Assembly: GCA_013239625.1 (NCBI GenBank)
Contig: MU054001.1
Location: 4,876,167-4,940,166 of the forward strand
Source of the DNA: Lama guanicoe
Lineage: Eukaryota
Direction: 5' to 3'
DNA length: 64,000 nucleotides
Part shown: in pieces, positions 1-11,052 of the stretch
Position numbering within the stretch: the stretch's first letter is position 1
Layout: each line of letters begins with the position of its first letter
Notes under the pieces: model-generated
The model's database searches: none
What the model saw: only the letters and a program-made list of their open reading frames with translations
Told to the model about the DNA's origin: nothing
Translations under genes and position numbers: made by a program

Positions 1-106
1 GCCCCACACGGCGCAGAGCTGGGGGCTGCAGAGTGGAGCCAGGTGGGAGCAGCAGATTCCCAATCACAGAGATCAGCGGGATGTGGAAGTGCTGAGACCA
101 GTGCTG

Positions 107-218
107 CAGCCAGGACTCCAGTGGGGCAAGCGAGGTACCTAGGATGCAAAATCTCAAGGGTGCCTCCTGACACTCTGCACCCTAGGCACCTTGCTTGCCT
201 CGCCTCCTCCTGGTCCTG
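107..218. mobile_element. hAT-Tip100 MITE, MER96-like, internally deleted
   Basis: Inverted arms gcaagcgaggtacctaggatgca (126-148) and tgcaccctaggcaccttgcttgc (176-198) pair at 20/23 positions; ends and arm sequence resemble the MER96 consensus as I recall it. Confidence 0.7.
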
Positions 219-1875
219 CTGGTGCCTTAGGTGCCCCCTGACCCCAAATCAGCCTTAGTCTCCCACATGGCCGTCCTCCCATACCTCCATTATGCCGGTG
301 CTCGGCCAACTTGCCAATCAGAGGCCAGGGCTTCCGAACGTGGCACAGGGAAGCCCTTCCTTGTTAACTTTTCACAAGGGGCAGGACAATTGGTTATTAC
401 CCTCTGCAGAGCGGAAATGAAACAGGCAGACAGATTGTATCTAATTATAATGTGACAGTAAGTCATGGTGTGGAATTTGGAGCAATTATACCCGGCATCT
501 TCTCCCACATCGAGGGCTTCTGTAAGAGTTCCCCTTGCTGCCACCACAGGCACTGTTCTGACATGGGTGGGGCTGTTGGTTTTCCTAAAGGTATTTTACA
601 CCTGCGAATCTCTTGATTCTTGACTCTTGCCAGTTTTGGACAGAATGGAGTGGTTGCTCTTCAACTTAAGGGCTCTTACCTTCCAGGAGCCAAGGGCGGT
701 GAACTCCAGTTTTCAGTCCTCCGGAGACTTGGCCATTTTAGGGGAAGACCTCAGGCTAGGCATCAGTATTCACCAAAGTGTGGCGGGCCACAGGCTGGGG
801 CTGGAGCTGGGGCTGGGGGAGGCTGCAGCCAAGGCTGCCTTTTGGACGATGCTGAGACTGTGCGTGAGACTAGGCTCGCCAGATCACTGTCTCTGAGCCC
901 TCCCCAGTCCGAATTCATCCCGAACCCCATGGAACCCAGGTGAGTCCTCAGTAAGTACCAACCGAAGATTTGATTTGACGGTTGGTGGCGTAGGGCTAAA
1001 TTAGTCACTGCCCCCATTAAAAATACAGCGGGGGGTTTAAGAGCTTTTCACGCCGTGTGGGAATCAGCAGCGAAGCCGGCGGATGCCTTGGGTAAGGAGA
1101 GAGGCAGCCTAGGGGACCACGAGGTAATGAGGTTTATGGCGATGACAAGGCAGCCAGGGAACCCCACCGACTCCTCCCTCACCCTGGCTCCATTGTTCTC
1201 AGGCGGGCTCTGCCCCCGCTGCTGCCGCTCAGAGCCCCTCGTGACTTCCTGCGGGGAGGGGGCTTGTAGAGGGGACACAGCAGCCCTTACTGGGACTTGG
1301 ATTTGTCACCATCAAGCAGTACTGGGGTGGTGGTAGTGCACAGCAATAAACCTGCATTTTGGAGTTCCCCCTTCACTTCCTTCCAGTCAAATGGTTTGGA
1401 GCTGGGATGAGCCACTTTACCTCTCAGCTCTGCGGGACCTCGGAGGGTCACTGGGAGGCTTACAGGAAAGGATTCCTATAGGAAAAGGAGGCCTGAGTAC
1501 CAAGAAAGACCCAGAAGTGGCTTGGTTAGTGTTAGGTTATTTGCATGTACAAATCGTCAGTTTCTAGTGGCTCTGTGGGTGGAGGAATTTTGCCCAGATT
1601 GAGAAATGGACCAGGACCCCTGGGCCACAGAACCCTGTCATTGGGTACCTGCCTAGAGCTTCTGGAAGCAGGTGGGTAAGGGTTTTGGTCTCAGTGGAGA
1701 AGCAGCCATAGGAAGAATCTTCTTGAATTTCCCCAGCCATAGAGAATGTTCCTCCTAAACTCACAGTATATTTAATATTTAACTTTCCACCTGTTTTTTA
1801 TTCCTTTCTTTTAAAGTGTGCACTCTGAGGGGTGGGATCTGCACTTACAAGGGTTCAGTAAATAGGACCAAAATT

Positions 1876-2235
1876 TCAATCCATCCTTTCCTCCATCTGG
1901 CAAATGTCTATGGAGCTGCTCTGTGTGCTGGGGATATAAGGGTGGACAGGTAATGTGGTGGACAGCTCACAGCCACATGAAAGCCATCTAACAAAGAAGC
2001 CAGTAAACATCCAGCAGTGCCCGGTCACAGGTGCTGTGATGGGAAAACACCAGACTGTGCAAGATGAGTGGGGACCCAAGTTGGAGGCAGGGGCGCATCG
2101 AGTGTGCTGAGGAAGTGACTTGAGTTCAGATGTGAAGAATGAAAGGAGCTGGACAGTCCAAGAGCAGTGGGAAGAAAATGCGGTGAATGCAAAAGCCCTG
2201 AGGTGGAAGCAAGCTGGAAGTATTCTTAGGGATCT
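1876..2235 (-). mobile_element. L2 LINE 3' fragment
   Basis: Degenerate reverse complement of the L2 3' end, then typical L2 motifs (gaggaagtgacttgagtt, tgcaaaagccctgaggtggaag). Confidence 0.6.
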
Positions 2236-2249
2236 CTGGTCATACAGGG

Positions 2250-2450
2250 TTTTGGTTTTAGATGGATTAAAACAAGCCCACACCAGAACACAACACTGTA
2301 AACTGACTATACTTCAATTTTTAAAAAGAAAGAAAGAAAGAAACAAACAAACAAAAAACAAGCTGACAGAAATTCAGAGTCTTGTCCAAGGTCACACAAT
2401 TCAGGACAGAACTGAGACTATAGTTTGAATGTCCTGCCTTCTACACTTGG
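2250..2450 (-). mobile_element. MIR fragment interrupted by an L1 tail
   Basis: ttttagatgg...cttgtccaaggtcacacaa...agaactgaga resembles the MIR core in reverse. Confidence 0.55.
2278..2354 (+). mobile_element. Extremely 5'-truncated lineage-specific L1 (3' end plus A-rich tail)
   Basis: cacaacactgtaaactgactatacttcaatt resembles a cetartiodactyl/camelid L1 3' terminus; followed by an (A/GAAA/CAAA) tail; TSD aaaacaagc at 2269-2277 and 2355-2363; TT|AAAA target. Confidence 0.75.
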
Positions 2451-2649
2451 GTGTCTGATTCCCCTCTGTGGCCATCTTCTGTTTGTTGAAAAGCAAATGG
2501 ATTGAATAATTATTATTATGAATAAAATGACATATGATGTAGGAAAGACTGCTGGCTTTCCTCCTCTTCCTTAATAAATTAACTCTGATTTTTATATGAG
2601 CATATGTTACCTTGGAGAGAAGAAGGGTCAGATAATATACCTTATCTGT

Positions 2650-3038
2650 ACCAGAAGATAGGTGTGGCCATATTACTATTGGTGGTTGAATTGGTTCTGC
2701 CAGTGGGTTGTAAATGAGGTGGTATATGTAAATTCTAAGAATTGTCCTTAAGAGAAGAAATGAGTTCATCCCCCACCTTTCTTGATGGCTGGAATATAGA
2801 TGCAATAGCTGGAGCTCCAGAAGCCATTTTGAACCATGAGATAATCTGGAAATGTAATCTAGGGTTGAGCAACAATATAGAAGGAGCTTGGATCTCTAGC
2901 AGTTTCAGTTGCATACTAGCTCTATCCTGCTTCCAAAAAGACTTCTTGACCTTGAGAGAGAAATAAACTTCTCCCTTGTTCAAGCCACTATTATTTGGGT
3001 TTTTTCTGTTACAATTGAATCAATTCTTATCTAAAACA
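2650..3038 (+). mobile_element. MaLR solo LTR (MLT1J/K-like)
   Basis: gctggagctccagaagccattttgaaccatgag and 3' end aaataaacttctcccttgttcaagccactattatttggg...aca. Confidence 0.65.
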
Positions 3039-3149
3039 AATTGGATATATACATAGATGTCTTCCAAATAAGAGTAAATTTAGATGGTTCAAGGAAAGGG
3101 TATGGGATGGTTAAAAATATCTGAAGGCTAAGAGATCTACTTTGGTGAT

Positions 3150-3537
3150 GTACTATAATTGATATCTATTTGGCTCAAAGTGCATGGGGTTGGGCTGATC
3201 TGGGCTGTGTGTCTGGCTGTTGGTTAATTTGAGACAGCCTCACTTGGAATGACTGAGTCACTTCACCCCAAATGTTTGTGTTTCATCCTCTAGCAGGGTA
3301 GACTGACATGTTCTTCTCTTGGCATTGGCCAAGGGCAAGAGCAGAGCGAGCCTAATTGTGCAAGTACTTTCAAGCTTCTGCTTGTGCATCATGTTTGCTC
3401 ACAGGGCCAATCTCAAGGGCAACTCAAGGGCAGGGAAATATACCTACTCCTGGGAAGAACTGCAAAATCCCAGTACCAAGGGCTGGATTCAGGGAGGGAT
3501 GGGGAATTGGGGTCATTTATATAACTTATCTACCACA
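3150..3537 (-). mobile_element. MaLR solo LTR (MLT1H/I/J-like)
   Basis: ttcaagcttctgcttgtgcatcatgtttgct...gggaagaactgcaaa...tctaccaca matches an MLT1 LTR in reverse. Confidence 0.6.
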
Positions 3538-4007
3538 GAACTGAAAAGGCCCCTACTCTCCTCCTAAGGCAAAACCTAGTAGTTAACAGGTGCCATCCAG
3601 GACCTCAGCTTAGGAAATGAACAAACTGAGGTTGTCCACCTTAGCCTTGATGTGTTGGACCTTGCCTTTGGAAAAGAGAGAGGCACCGTCAAAAGATTTG
3701 TCACCCAAATGCTTGTTAGTTATCAAAGTAAGTTTACAGGGTCACTATTTTTTACAATTTACAGTTGATTTTGGCTCACTCAGGCTTGCCAGGAGAGTGA
3801 GCATCCTCAGATTTTGAGAATGAGAGAAAACTCCCGCTACTTGACAAAAGCCGAACATTTACAACTCTGTCTTACTTGGTCTCTCTCCAGAAGGACCAAA
3901 TAGTGTGTAGTTTGCCATGCACATCCCTGGCTGTATCTTTCTTCCATGCCTTAGCCCATGCTTTTCCTCCTCCTGGAATGCCCTTCCCTTCCTTTTTACC
4001 TGGTTAA

Positions 4008-4049
<42 letters not shown>

Positions 4050-4303
4050 CTCTTTCTTTCTCTTTCTTTCTTTCTCTCTTTCTTTCTCTTTCTTTCTTTC
4101 TCTCTTTCTTTCTCTTTCTTTCTTTCTCTCTTTCTTTCTCTTTCTTTCTTTCTTTCTTTCTTGCTTTCTTTCTTTCTTACCTTCCTTCTCTCTTTCTTTC
4201 CTTCTCTCTTTCTTTCTTTCTCTTTCTTTCTTTCTCTCTTTCTTTCCTCTTTCTTTCCTTCTCTCTTTCTTTCTTTCTCTTTCTTTCTTTCTCTCTTTCT
4301 TTC

Positions 4304-4355
<52 letters not shown>

Positions 4356-4382
4356 TTCTTTCTTTCTTTCTTTCTTTCTTTC
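4008..4382. repeat. (TTTC)n/(TC)n compound polypyrimidine tract, about 375 bp
   Basis: Directly visible; abuts the 3' end of the minus-strand SINE, so it is that SINE's expanded (GAAA)n tail. Confidence 0.97.
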
Positions 4383-4518
4383 CAGTGGGGGGAAGTAATT
4401 AGGTTTATTTATGTATTTACTTATTTATGTATTTATTTGTTAAAAAAATGGAGATACTGGGAGTTGAACCTTGTGCATGCCAAGCACACAGTCTGCTACT
4501 GAGCTATACCCTCCCCCC
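4383..4518 (-). mobile_element. tRNA-derived SINE (camelid Vic-1 type)
   Basis: Reverse complement reads ggggagggtatagctcagtagcagactgtgtgcttggcatgcacaaggttcaactcccagtatctcc...(taaa)n...aaacctaattacttcccc, with Pol III A and B box remnants. Confidence 0.85.
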
Positions 4519-4556
4519 AACTCCTACTTTTAAACTAAGTTCAAGTGTCTAATTTT

Positions 4557-4949
4557 CAGGGCCAAGACCTGGGTAAGGTGAGTGAAGCACTCACCTCAGG
4601 TGCAACATTTAAGAGGGAAACCAAAAAGCTCAGTAATGAAGATAAACAATATTTAATGCAATATTTAAAAAAATCAAATTGGCTAACTAAAGTCAGTAGG
4701 CTGCTGGTTTTATTGGAAAAAGGCTGGATTAGAGTGGGGCAAGTGAAGCAAAATTAGGCAAATCCAGCATTGGGTCCTGTCTTTATTAAAATGTTTGTTG
4801 TTTTGTTCATCGTGGATTTTTTTTGCATTAATTTTTTTCAAACCATTGCATTAAAACATTACTCTGAGTTTTTTTTTAGCATTCATTTAAATTTTGTGCC
4901 CAGGGCACAAGGCAAGTGCTTCATTCATTTCACCCTAGTCATGGCTCTG
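4557..4949. mobile_element. hAT-Tip100 non-autonomous element, MER96B-like
   Basis: Termini cagggccaagacctgggtaaggtgagtgaagcac and ttcaccctagtcatggctctg form long imperfect inverted repeats around an AT-rich interior. Confidence 0.75.
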
Positions 4950-5061
4950 TTCATCCTCCAGGCAAGTTACTCTGACCCCAAAAGAAAAAATGTTCTGATA
5001 ATAGCTGATGCATAAGTCTATCACTGGACATCTATACACTTTTATAACTGTCTTTGGGACT

Positions 5062-5306
5062 CTATCAGTTAGGATAGGCTAGGTTATGGTACAGAAACAA
5101 AAAGGCCTCAAATTATAGTAGCTTAACACAATAATGATTTATTTCTCATTCTTTTACATCATCATCCTTCATTGTAGTCAATTGGGAAGTTGGGCTCAGA
5201 AAGCAGATGACCATAAATTTGGTCAGTAACCAAGCCAGAGAGAAACAGAGAAATTGGGAGGGTCTTACACTGGCATTTTAATGCTCTTTACTGGGAGTCT
5301 CACACA

Positions 5307-5341
<35 letters not shown>

Positions 5342-5487
5342 CACTTCAACTCACAACTCATTGGCCAGCAATTGTCACATGGCCTCACCCCATCACAAGG
5401 AGCCAGGAAATACAATCCTGCCCTGTGCCTGGAAAAATTAATAACTGGCAAGGTTTGGCTAATTGTACTAATGACTACTGCCACAGA
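5062..5487 (-). mobile_element. MaLR LTR (MLT1K/L-like)
   Basis: tatcagttaggataggctaggttatg...gcttaacacaataatgatttatttctca...cattggccagcaattgtcacatggcc...actgccaca. Confidence 0.65.
5301..5338. repeat. (CA)n microsatellite
   Basis: Directly visible, one interruption. Confidence 0.95.
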
Positions 5488-5711
5488 CCATATTCACCAC
5501 CATCCCCGACTATAATCTATTTGAGGGCAGAGCCTGACTCTTAGTAAATCTGAGTATAACCAGCACCCTGCACATGACCTGGAGCAGATAAATATGTACT
5601 GAATGTATGCAAAAATTGAGTAGAAAATGAATAAATGACAATATAAAGGGTCCAGGGGAAGATAATCATATATATAAAGACATCTTGCAGCCTACAAGCT
5701 GTGGAGGTATA

Positions 5712-5863
5712 TCAGACCTGGATTTGAGCCTCACTAGCTGTGTGACCTCAAGCAAGGAACTTAACTTCTTTGAGCATTAGTGTTTTCACTGTAAATGGTA
5801 AAACGGGAAAAATAATAAATAGTGCTTATCTCACAAGGTTGCTGTGAAGTTGAAATGAGATAA
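5712..5863 (+). mobile_element. MIR
   Basis: cactagctgtgtgacctcaagcaag...cttaacttctttgagc...ctgtaaatgg...tctcacaaggttgctgtgaag. Confidence 0.8.
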
Positions 5864-5879
5864 GACTGATGATGGAATT

Positions 5880-6075
5880 AAACATTATCTGAGCATTCAC
5901 TATGCACCTGGCATTATTCTGAGCACCGCACAAACATTAACTCTTTGAATCCACACAACATTACCACGTGGGTACTGTTATCCCCTTCTCACAGATGAGT
6001 AAACCAAGGCAGAGAGCGGCTACCTTGCCCACGCTCCAATTCTAACTCAAGCAGTCTGGCTCCAGATCCCTTTTC
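5880..6075 (-). mobile_element. MIR (tail-to-tail with the previous copy)
   Basis: tgagcattcactatgcacctggca...tcacagatgagtaaaccaaggcagagag...cagtctggctccaga. Confidence 0.8.
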
Positions 6076-6129
6076 TCAGCCCTCCCAGAAGCACTTTTTA
6101 GCAGAGTTAATCAGAAATGATAGCTCCTG

Positions 6130-6400
6130 ATGCTCGCATCACTGGGGCTGATTGCGGGTGTTGGTCCGCAGGGGTCTGCCTTTGCCTGGAGAGACCTCGT
6201 GGCCCGGTGGGAGCCGAGACCCGGCAGGTCCGGGACAACCAGGGGTGGGCAGGAGACCAGTCTGGCACCTGAGCTGCGGCGGCGGCGGCTTGGCCCGTCC
6301 CCTCCCTCTCTGAGCCCCGATTGGCCAGACTCGGAGCCGGCCCCGCCCACCCGGCGCCTACCGCGGACCGCGGGCTGAGCGTGAGCTGCGCGGTGTGAAC
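6130..6400. promoter_or_regulatory. Small CpG-rich patch with CCAAT box and GC box
   Basis: Dense CpGs (gcggcggcggcgg, ccggcgcc, ccgcggaccgcgg); gattgg at 6319-6324; ccccgccc at 6341-6348. Confidence 0.5.
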
Positions 6401-6650
6401 TTATTTGTGGAGTTATTAATTACTGAAGGGCACAAAGCGTGCTTCTGTGCATAAAAATATGTTTGAGCAGTTTCTACTTAAACTTTAAAGAGAACGTTAA
6501 TCAATTTTATTTTAACAAAATGACCTTAAGCAGGGGAAAAAAATTGGTGTTATTTGCCCAAACAGGCAAATTAATTTCTCTCTCTTGAGAAATCTGATAA
6601 GTTTCCAGAAATAGCTATGCATAATTTACACCTGCCCCGGCCGCTCCTAG
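6395..6650. promoter_or_regulatory. Candidate enhancer-like non-coding block
   Basis: Repeat-free AT-rich block with several TAAT/ATTA cores, ctgataag (6594-6601) and atgcataat (6617-6625). Function is inferred only. Confidence 0.45.
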
Positions 6651-7431
6651 TTTAACGCCAAGCCCAGTTTCCGGTCCTACCCAGCCCCAGGCCCCAAAAG
6701 AACTGAAAACAGAGAGGTCCTTGCAAAGGCCCATACCCTGCTGCTTCTCAGCCCACGCAGTTCATGACCTTGGGAAACTGACGCTGAGGGGAAGGGGGCA
6801 ATGTAGCCTCCGAGATGCCAAACCAGCCTGAGGCACTGGGAAGAGGGACCAGCTGCCCAGTACCTAAGACTTGGGAATTCCCGGGAGGCCTGGGAAGGGT
6901 CTCCAGCAGATAAACAAACCCCTGGCTTCTGGGCTCCCTTCTGAGGCTCCTGAAGGCACCAGCTTAACCCTCTCTACCCCTGTCCTCCCACCCTTGAAGG
7001 ATTCCCAGATTGACAGTCTCCAGAACTCTTAGCAGAACCTGCACCATCTTCCAAATCCCCTGCCCTTTGATCCCATCCTCACAGTCAAAGGCCACACCCC
7101 AGAGATCCCACTGAGCTTTCTGTAGGGGTGGGAGGCACCTACGTCTTCTGCCTAGAAATGTGTGTCGTGCTTAGAGGCAGGGCTTGGAGACTGCAGGAGC
7201 TGTGGTCAGTTTCCATAGTTTCCATTCCGCTTTTGAGTAGCACTGTGATTTCTGGCAGGCCATTCAGCAATTCCCCCTGCCCCTGTCCCCCAGCACCGGC
7301 CAATACCCCCAACCCGCACCCCCTGCTCCTGCACCTGGATTTCCCCATCTGAATGTGGACTTTGTGCTACTCCTGCCTCCAAAAGGCTGCTGTGAGGGAG
7401 GAATGAGAATCCTGGGAGAACATCAGCTTCA

Positions 7432-7539
7432 ACAGGGCAGAGTGTTGTTTTTTTGTCTCTGCTGTATCCCCAGCACCTAGAACAGTGCCAAAACATAGTA
7501 GATGCTCAATAAATATTTGTTGAATAAATGAATGGATGA
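7432..7539 (+). mobile_element. L2 3' end
   Basis: gtatccccagcacctagaacagtgcc...atagtagatgctcaataaatatttgttgaataaatgaatg is close to the L2 3' terminal consensus. Confidence 0.9.
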
Positions 7540-7859
7540 AAAGTACTGAACAACAGTAGTTGTCCTGTTGTTGTTACTATTAGTATAATTGTAGTTGGTT
7601 TTTAAATGTCTGTAAATATAAAATTAGGTCATAATATAGAAAAGTGTTTTTTAATCTTCTTTGCTGCCCTCACCAGCAAAGTGGTTCTGATAGGATCAGT
7701 TGGAGTGAAGAGTTTCCCTTCCACCCTTCCCTGTGAAATCACTGTCTTGCGTCTAGTTAAGTGCTCAATACATAGTTATTGAATGAGGACAGAGAGCCTG
7801 CAGCAGGAGCCAAGACTCAGGGAGGATGGAGCAGGCAGGCAGGTGGATGAGTGAAGTAG

Positions 7860-8035
7860 GCTCAGGAAGAGGGGGTTGGATGTGGTGGCTGGGCAGTAAA
7901 TGCTCATCTCAAGGAGGTCCAGCCCCCTGCTGCCCTGAGAGAATGCAGATCCAGATTGCCAGATCTTCCAATTTTTCAAGAAAAAAATATTCAGGTTTTA
8001 TTGTGGAAAGTCCCAAATTTTTAGTGCTGATAATT
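7860..8035 (+). mobile_element. hAT-Charlie fragment, MER102-like
   Basis: tgccagatcttccaatttttcaagaa...ttttattgtggaaagtcccaaatttt. Confidence 0.5.
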
Positions 8036-9828
8036 ACAAATTCTCTTATTTTTCCTTTATCTGAGACTATCTTGGTTTCCCTTCATTCCTGAACAATATT
8101 TTCACTGGATATACGATGATGGGTTGACAGTCCTTTTCTTTCAGCACTTGAAAAACGTTGTGCCACTTCCTTCTGGTCTTTATCATTTCTGATGAGAAAT
8201 CACCTTTTTATTCAAATCATTTTCCCCGTCTGGGAAAGATATCATTTCTCTCTCTCTCTGTCTGTTTTCCAGATTTTTCCTCTGTCTTTAGTTTTTAAAA
8301 ATTTGATTATGATGTTTCTTGGTGTGGATTTCTTTAGGTTTATACTGTTTGAAGTGTGCTCTGTTTCTAAAATCTGGGACTTTTTTGGCCCTCCTTTTTT
8401 TCTCCTCCTTTTCCAAGATTCTGCTTACACTACTGTTAGATTTGTTTGTTTGTTTGTTATAGTCCCATGGATCCCTAAGAACTTGTTTTTTTTTTCAGCT
8501 TATTTGTTCTCTTTTGTTCAGATTGAATAATTTCTATTATTCTATCTTCTAGTTCACTGATTTTTTCTCCCTGTCCCTTCCATTCTGCTGTTGAGCCCAT
8601 TAACTGTGTTTTATTTCACTGTTTTTTTTTCAGTTCTAAAATTTCCACTTGGTTCTTCTTTGTTTCTTCTATTTCTTTGCTGAGACTTTCTATTGTTTTT
8701 TTTCCCATTTGTTTCAAGCAGGTTTGTAACTGCTCATTAAGGCATGTTTATGATGGCCGCTTCAAAATCTTTGTCAGATGATTCTAACATCTCTGTCATC
8801 TCAATCTGCTATTGATTGTCATTTTTCATTCTGTTTGATATCCTCCCGGTTCCTGGTAAGACAACTTATTCTTTATTGAAACTTTCACATCTTGTATATT
8901 ATGTAATGAGACTCTGGGCATTATTTAAACTTTTTTTTTAGCTGTCTTCCTCTGATACTGCCTCAGCAGGGGAAGGTGGTGGTGGTGGGGGGCCACTTCC
9001 TCATTAATACCGGGTGGGAGTGGAATTTCAAGTTCTCCACTTGGCCTCTATTGACATCGGAGGAGTGGGGCTCCTTATTACAGCTGGGTGGAGGTGAAGT
9101 TCTGACTCCCCACTAGGTTTCCAATGGTACCTCCCTGAATGGGAAGGGTTGGAGTGCCTCGTTACTGCTTCCTGTGTAGTCCACTGACCCCACAGAGGGG
9201 CAGGTGTCCTTGTTGCCACTGGGCAGGGGCACAAGTCCTGCCTCTTTATTAAGCCTCCTCTGATACCACCCCAGTGGGCAGGGAGGGAGTGAAGTGCCTC
9301 ACTACTGCTGGCTGGGGCATGGAAGTCCAGGCTCCCCTGGCACTGTGGGCTAGGTCTTTGTTACTGATCTGCAAGGATGAAAATCCATCTTCCTACTTGG
9401 CTTCTCTGGTTCCCTACCAGGGCAGCTAGCACTGGCGAGCGTTATTGCAGACTGACAAGGATGGAGGTCTAGAGTCTCTAGATTGTGGGGGTGGAGCCCC
9501 AGTCTTTTCTGTGGTGCTTGGCTGGGTAGGGTGGTTACTTCCTAAAAGTTTTCTGCCTTGGTAGGCTGCCCCTTTACTGATTCTATGGCTGGAAAAGTCA
9601 GGCTTTTGTTGGGGGCATTTTTTTGTCTGTGCCCATTGGTGTTTCGAAGAAACCCAGTGAATTTACCATCCTGCTGTTTGTTGGGTCCTGTCCCTAGCCA
9701 ATCTGCCTTCTTCGCCTTTCTGAGTCTTCATATTTTTTTGAATACATAAATGTTCAGGGTTTTTAGTTGAACTTATGGTGAGAAATGGGGAAAGGATGTC
9801 CGTTTCACCTTCCTGTAAGTGGAAACCC
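8036..9828 (-). mobile_element. Old L1 (L1MC-like), 5' UTR and decayed ORF1 only
   Basis: T-rich ORF1 antisense (ttctttcagcacttgaaaa...tttctgatgagaaatc); repetitive GC-richer 5' UTR at about 8930-9480; 5' terminus ...cctgtaagtggaaac. Confidence 0.8.
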
Positions 9829-9849
9829 CTCCAGATATTCTTCTTTCAT

Positions 9850-10010
9850 AATGGCCACAAGGGATCCCCTTAGATAAATGAGTCATACTTGATTGAACCT
9901 ATTGCCTGTTATGGAGTATTTACATTGTGTCCAGCCTTTGTGTTATAAACAACGCTGCAATGAACATTTTATATGTAGGTCTTTGTGCCTCTGCCTGAGT
10001 ATATAATAAT
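9850..10010 (-). mobile_element. L1ME-like 3' UTR fragment
   Basis: gttataaacaacgctgcaatgaacattttatatgtaggtctttgtgc. Confidence 0.55.
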
Positions 10011-10885
10011 TCCGGAATTTGTTAACTGAGCAGATTGGATTTCATTTGGTAAGTTGGTTCTTGGGTTAGAAGATTTTGGTAGGGAAACAAAGGGAGGAAG
10101 AATAAAAGAACAGCGAGGGAGAGAGAGAGTTGGCCTGGGATTGACCAGAGGGAGCCCGTGCCAGGTCCAGCACCGAGAAGCCTGCCCCAGTTTGCATCAG
10201 CGGTTTTGCCCAGGTCTCTGGGAAATTCTCAGCTGACCTTGGCCCAGCCTGGTCTTGCAGTCCAGGAGGCACCACACGCTGATGTCATCTTTCGAGAGCT
10301 ATTCCCTGAGGTCAGTTTGGGAGAATATGCACCCTTCTCTCCGCTAGCTGATCGTGCCACCCAGGTAAGGCTCGGGGCGGCCTCCTGTGCTGCCTTCCCG
10401 TTGTGACGGAGCTCCCCTGGCTGCACTACGCAGCACAGCGCACACTTAATATGCGTCATCTCACCATGCGGGAAGGCAGGCTGGGCAAGGGGAAGTGATT
10501 CGTCTAAGGTCCTGCACCAGGGCGGGGCAGATGCAGAACTCAGTCCCAGGTGGTCCAGCTCTGAAGCCTGGAATCAGTGGAGGAGCTTAGGATCCAGAGT
10601 GACATTCTGGAATGGACATATAGGAAAAAATGACCAGAGAGAGGACTGCCCAAGTCTAGTCCTGTGCTGAGGGAGAAACCTTGAAGGAAGGGAAGCGGGA
10701 AGAGGGGAAAGGGGAGGCACCTACTCACACCTGATCTCCTGGGAAGGCCTGCACAGGAAGATGGGGCCCTGCTGGACTATGTTGTACAGCGATGTGATGT
10801 CAGGAGAGGATTTTGGCCAATCCACCCTTACAGGGGGCCTGAAAACCATTATTTATCATTAGAGGAAAAACTGCTTTGAGCAGCA

Positions 10886-11052
10886 TGACAAACACAGACA
10901 GCAAACAGAGATACACAGAGGCCCACACAGACACGCACGGCCCAGACACAGACACACACACAGACACACACACACACACACACATAAATGCACGTGCACA
11001 CACAGAGACATATCCCCAGCACACACACGTGCATACACTACACACACCCACA
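10886..11052. repeat. Degenerate (CA)/(CAGA)-rich microsatellite
   Basis: Directly visible. Confidence 0.9.

Larger units (their letters stand above)
3860..5640 (+). mobile_element. Fragmented L2, interrupted by a SINE, a MER96B-like element and an MLT1 LTR
   Basis: Collinear L2 pieces: ctggaatgcccttcc...cctggttaact | aactcctac...aagtgtc | ttcatcctccaggcaag...tctgacc | ...cagataaatatgtactgaatg...gaataaatga. Confidence 0.55.

Noticed and set aside
126..198. Hairpin resembling a pre-miRNA (also 19381-19448)
   Set aside because: Explained by the inverted repeats of MER96-like and MADE2 MITEs; no evidence of expression.
3917..4502. F/L/S-rich ORFs of 113-161 aa that look like membrane proteins
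   Set aside because: They are translations of the (TTTC)n SINE tail.
4440..4518. tRNA-like sequence (also at 23870, 42950 and 61210)
   Set aside because: These are tRNA-derived SINE heads with A-rich tails, some with TSDs; no intact cloverleaf.
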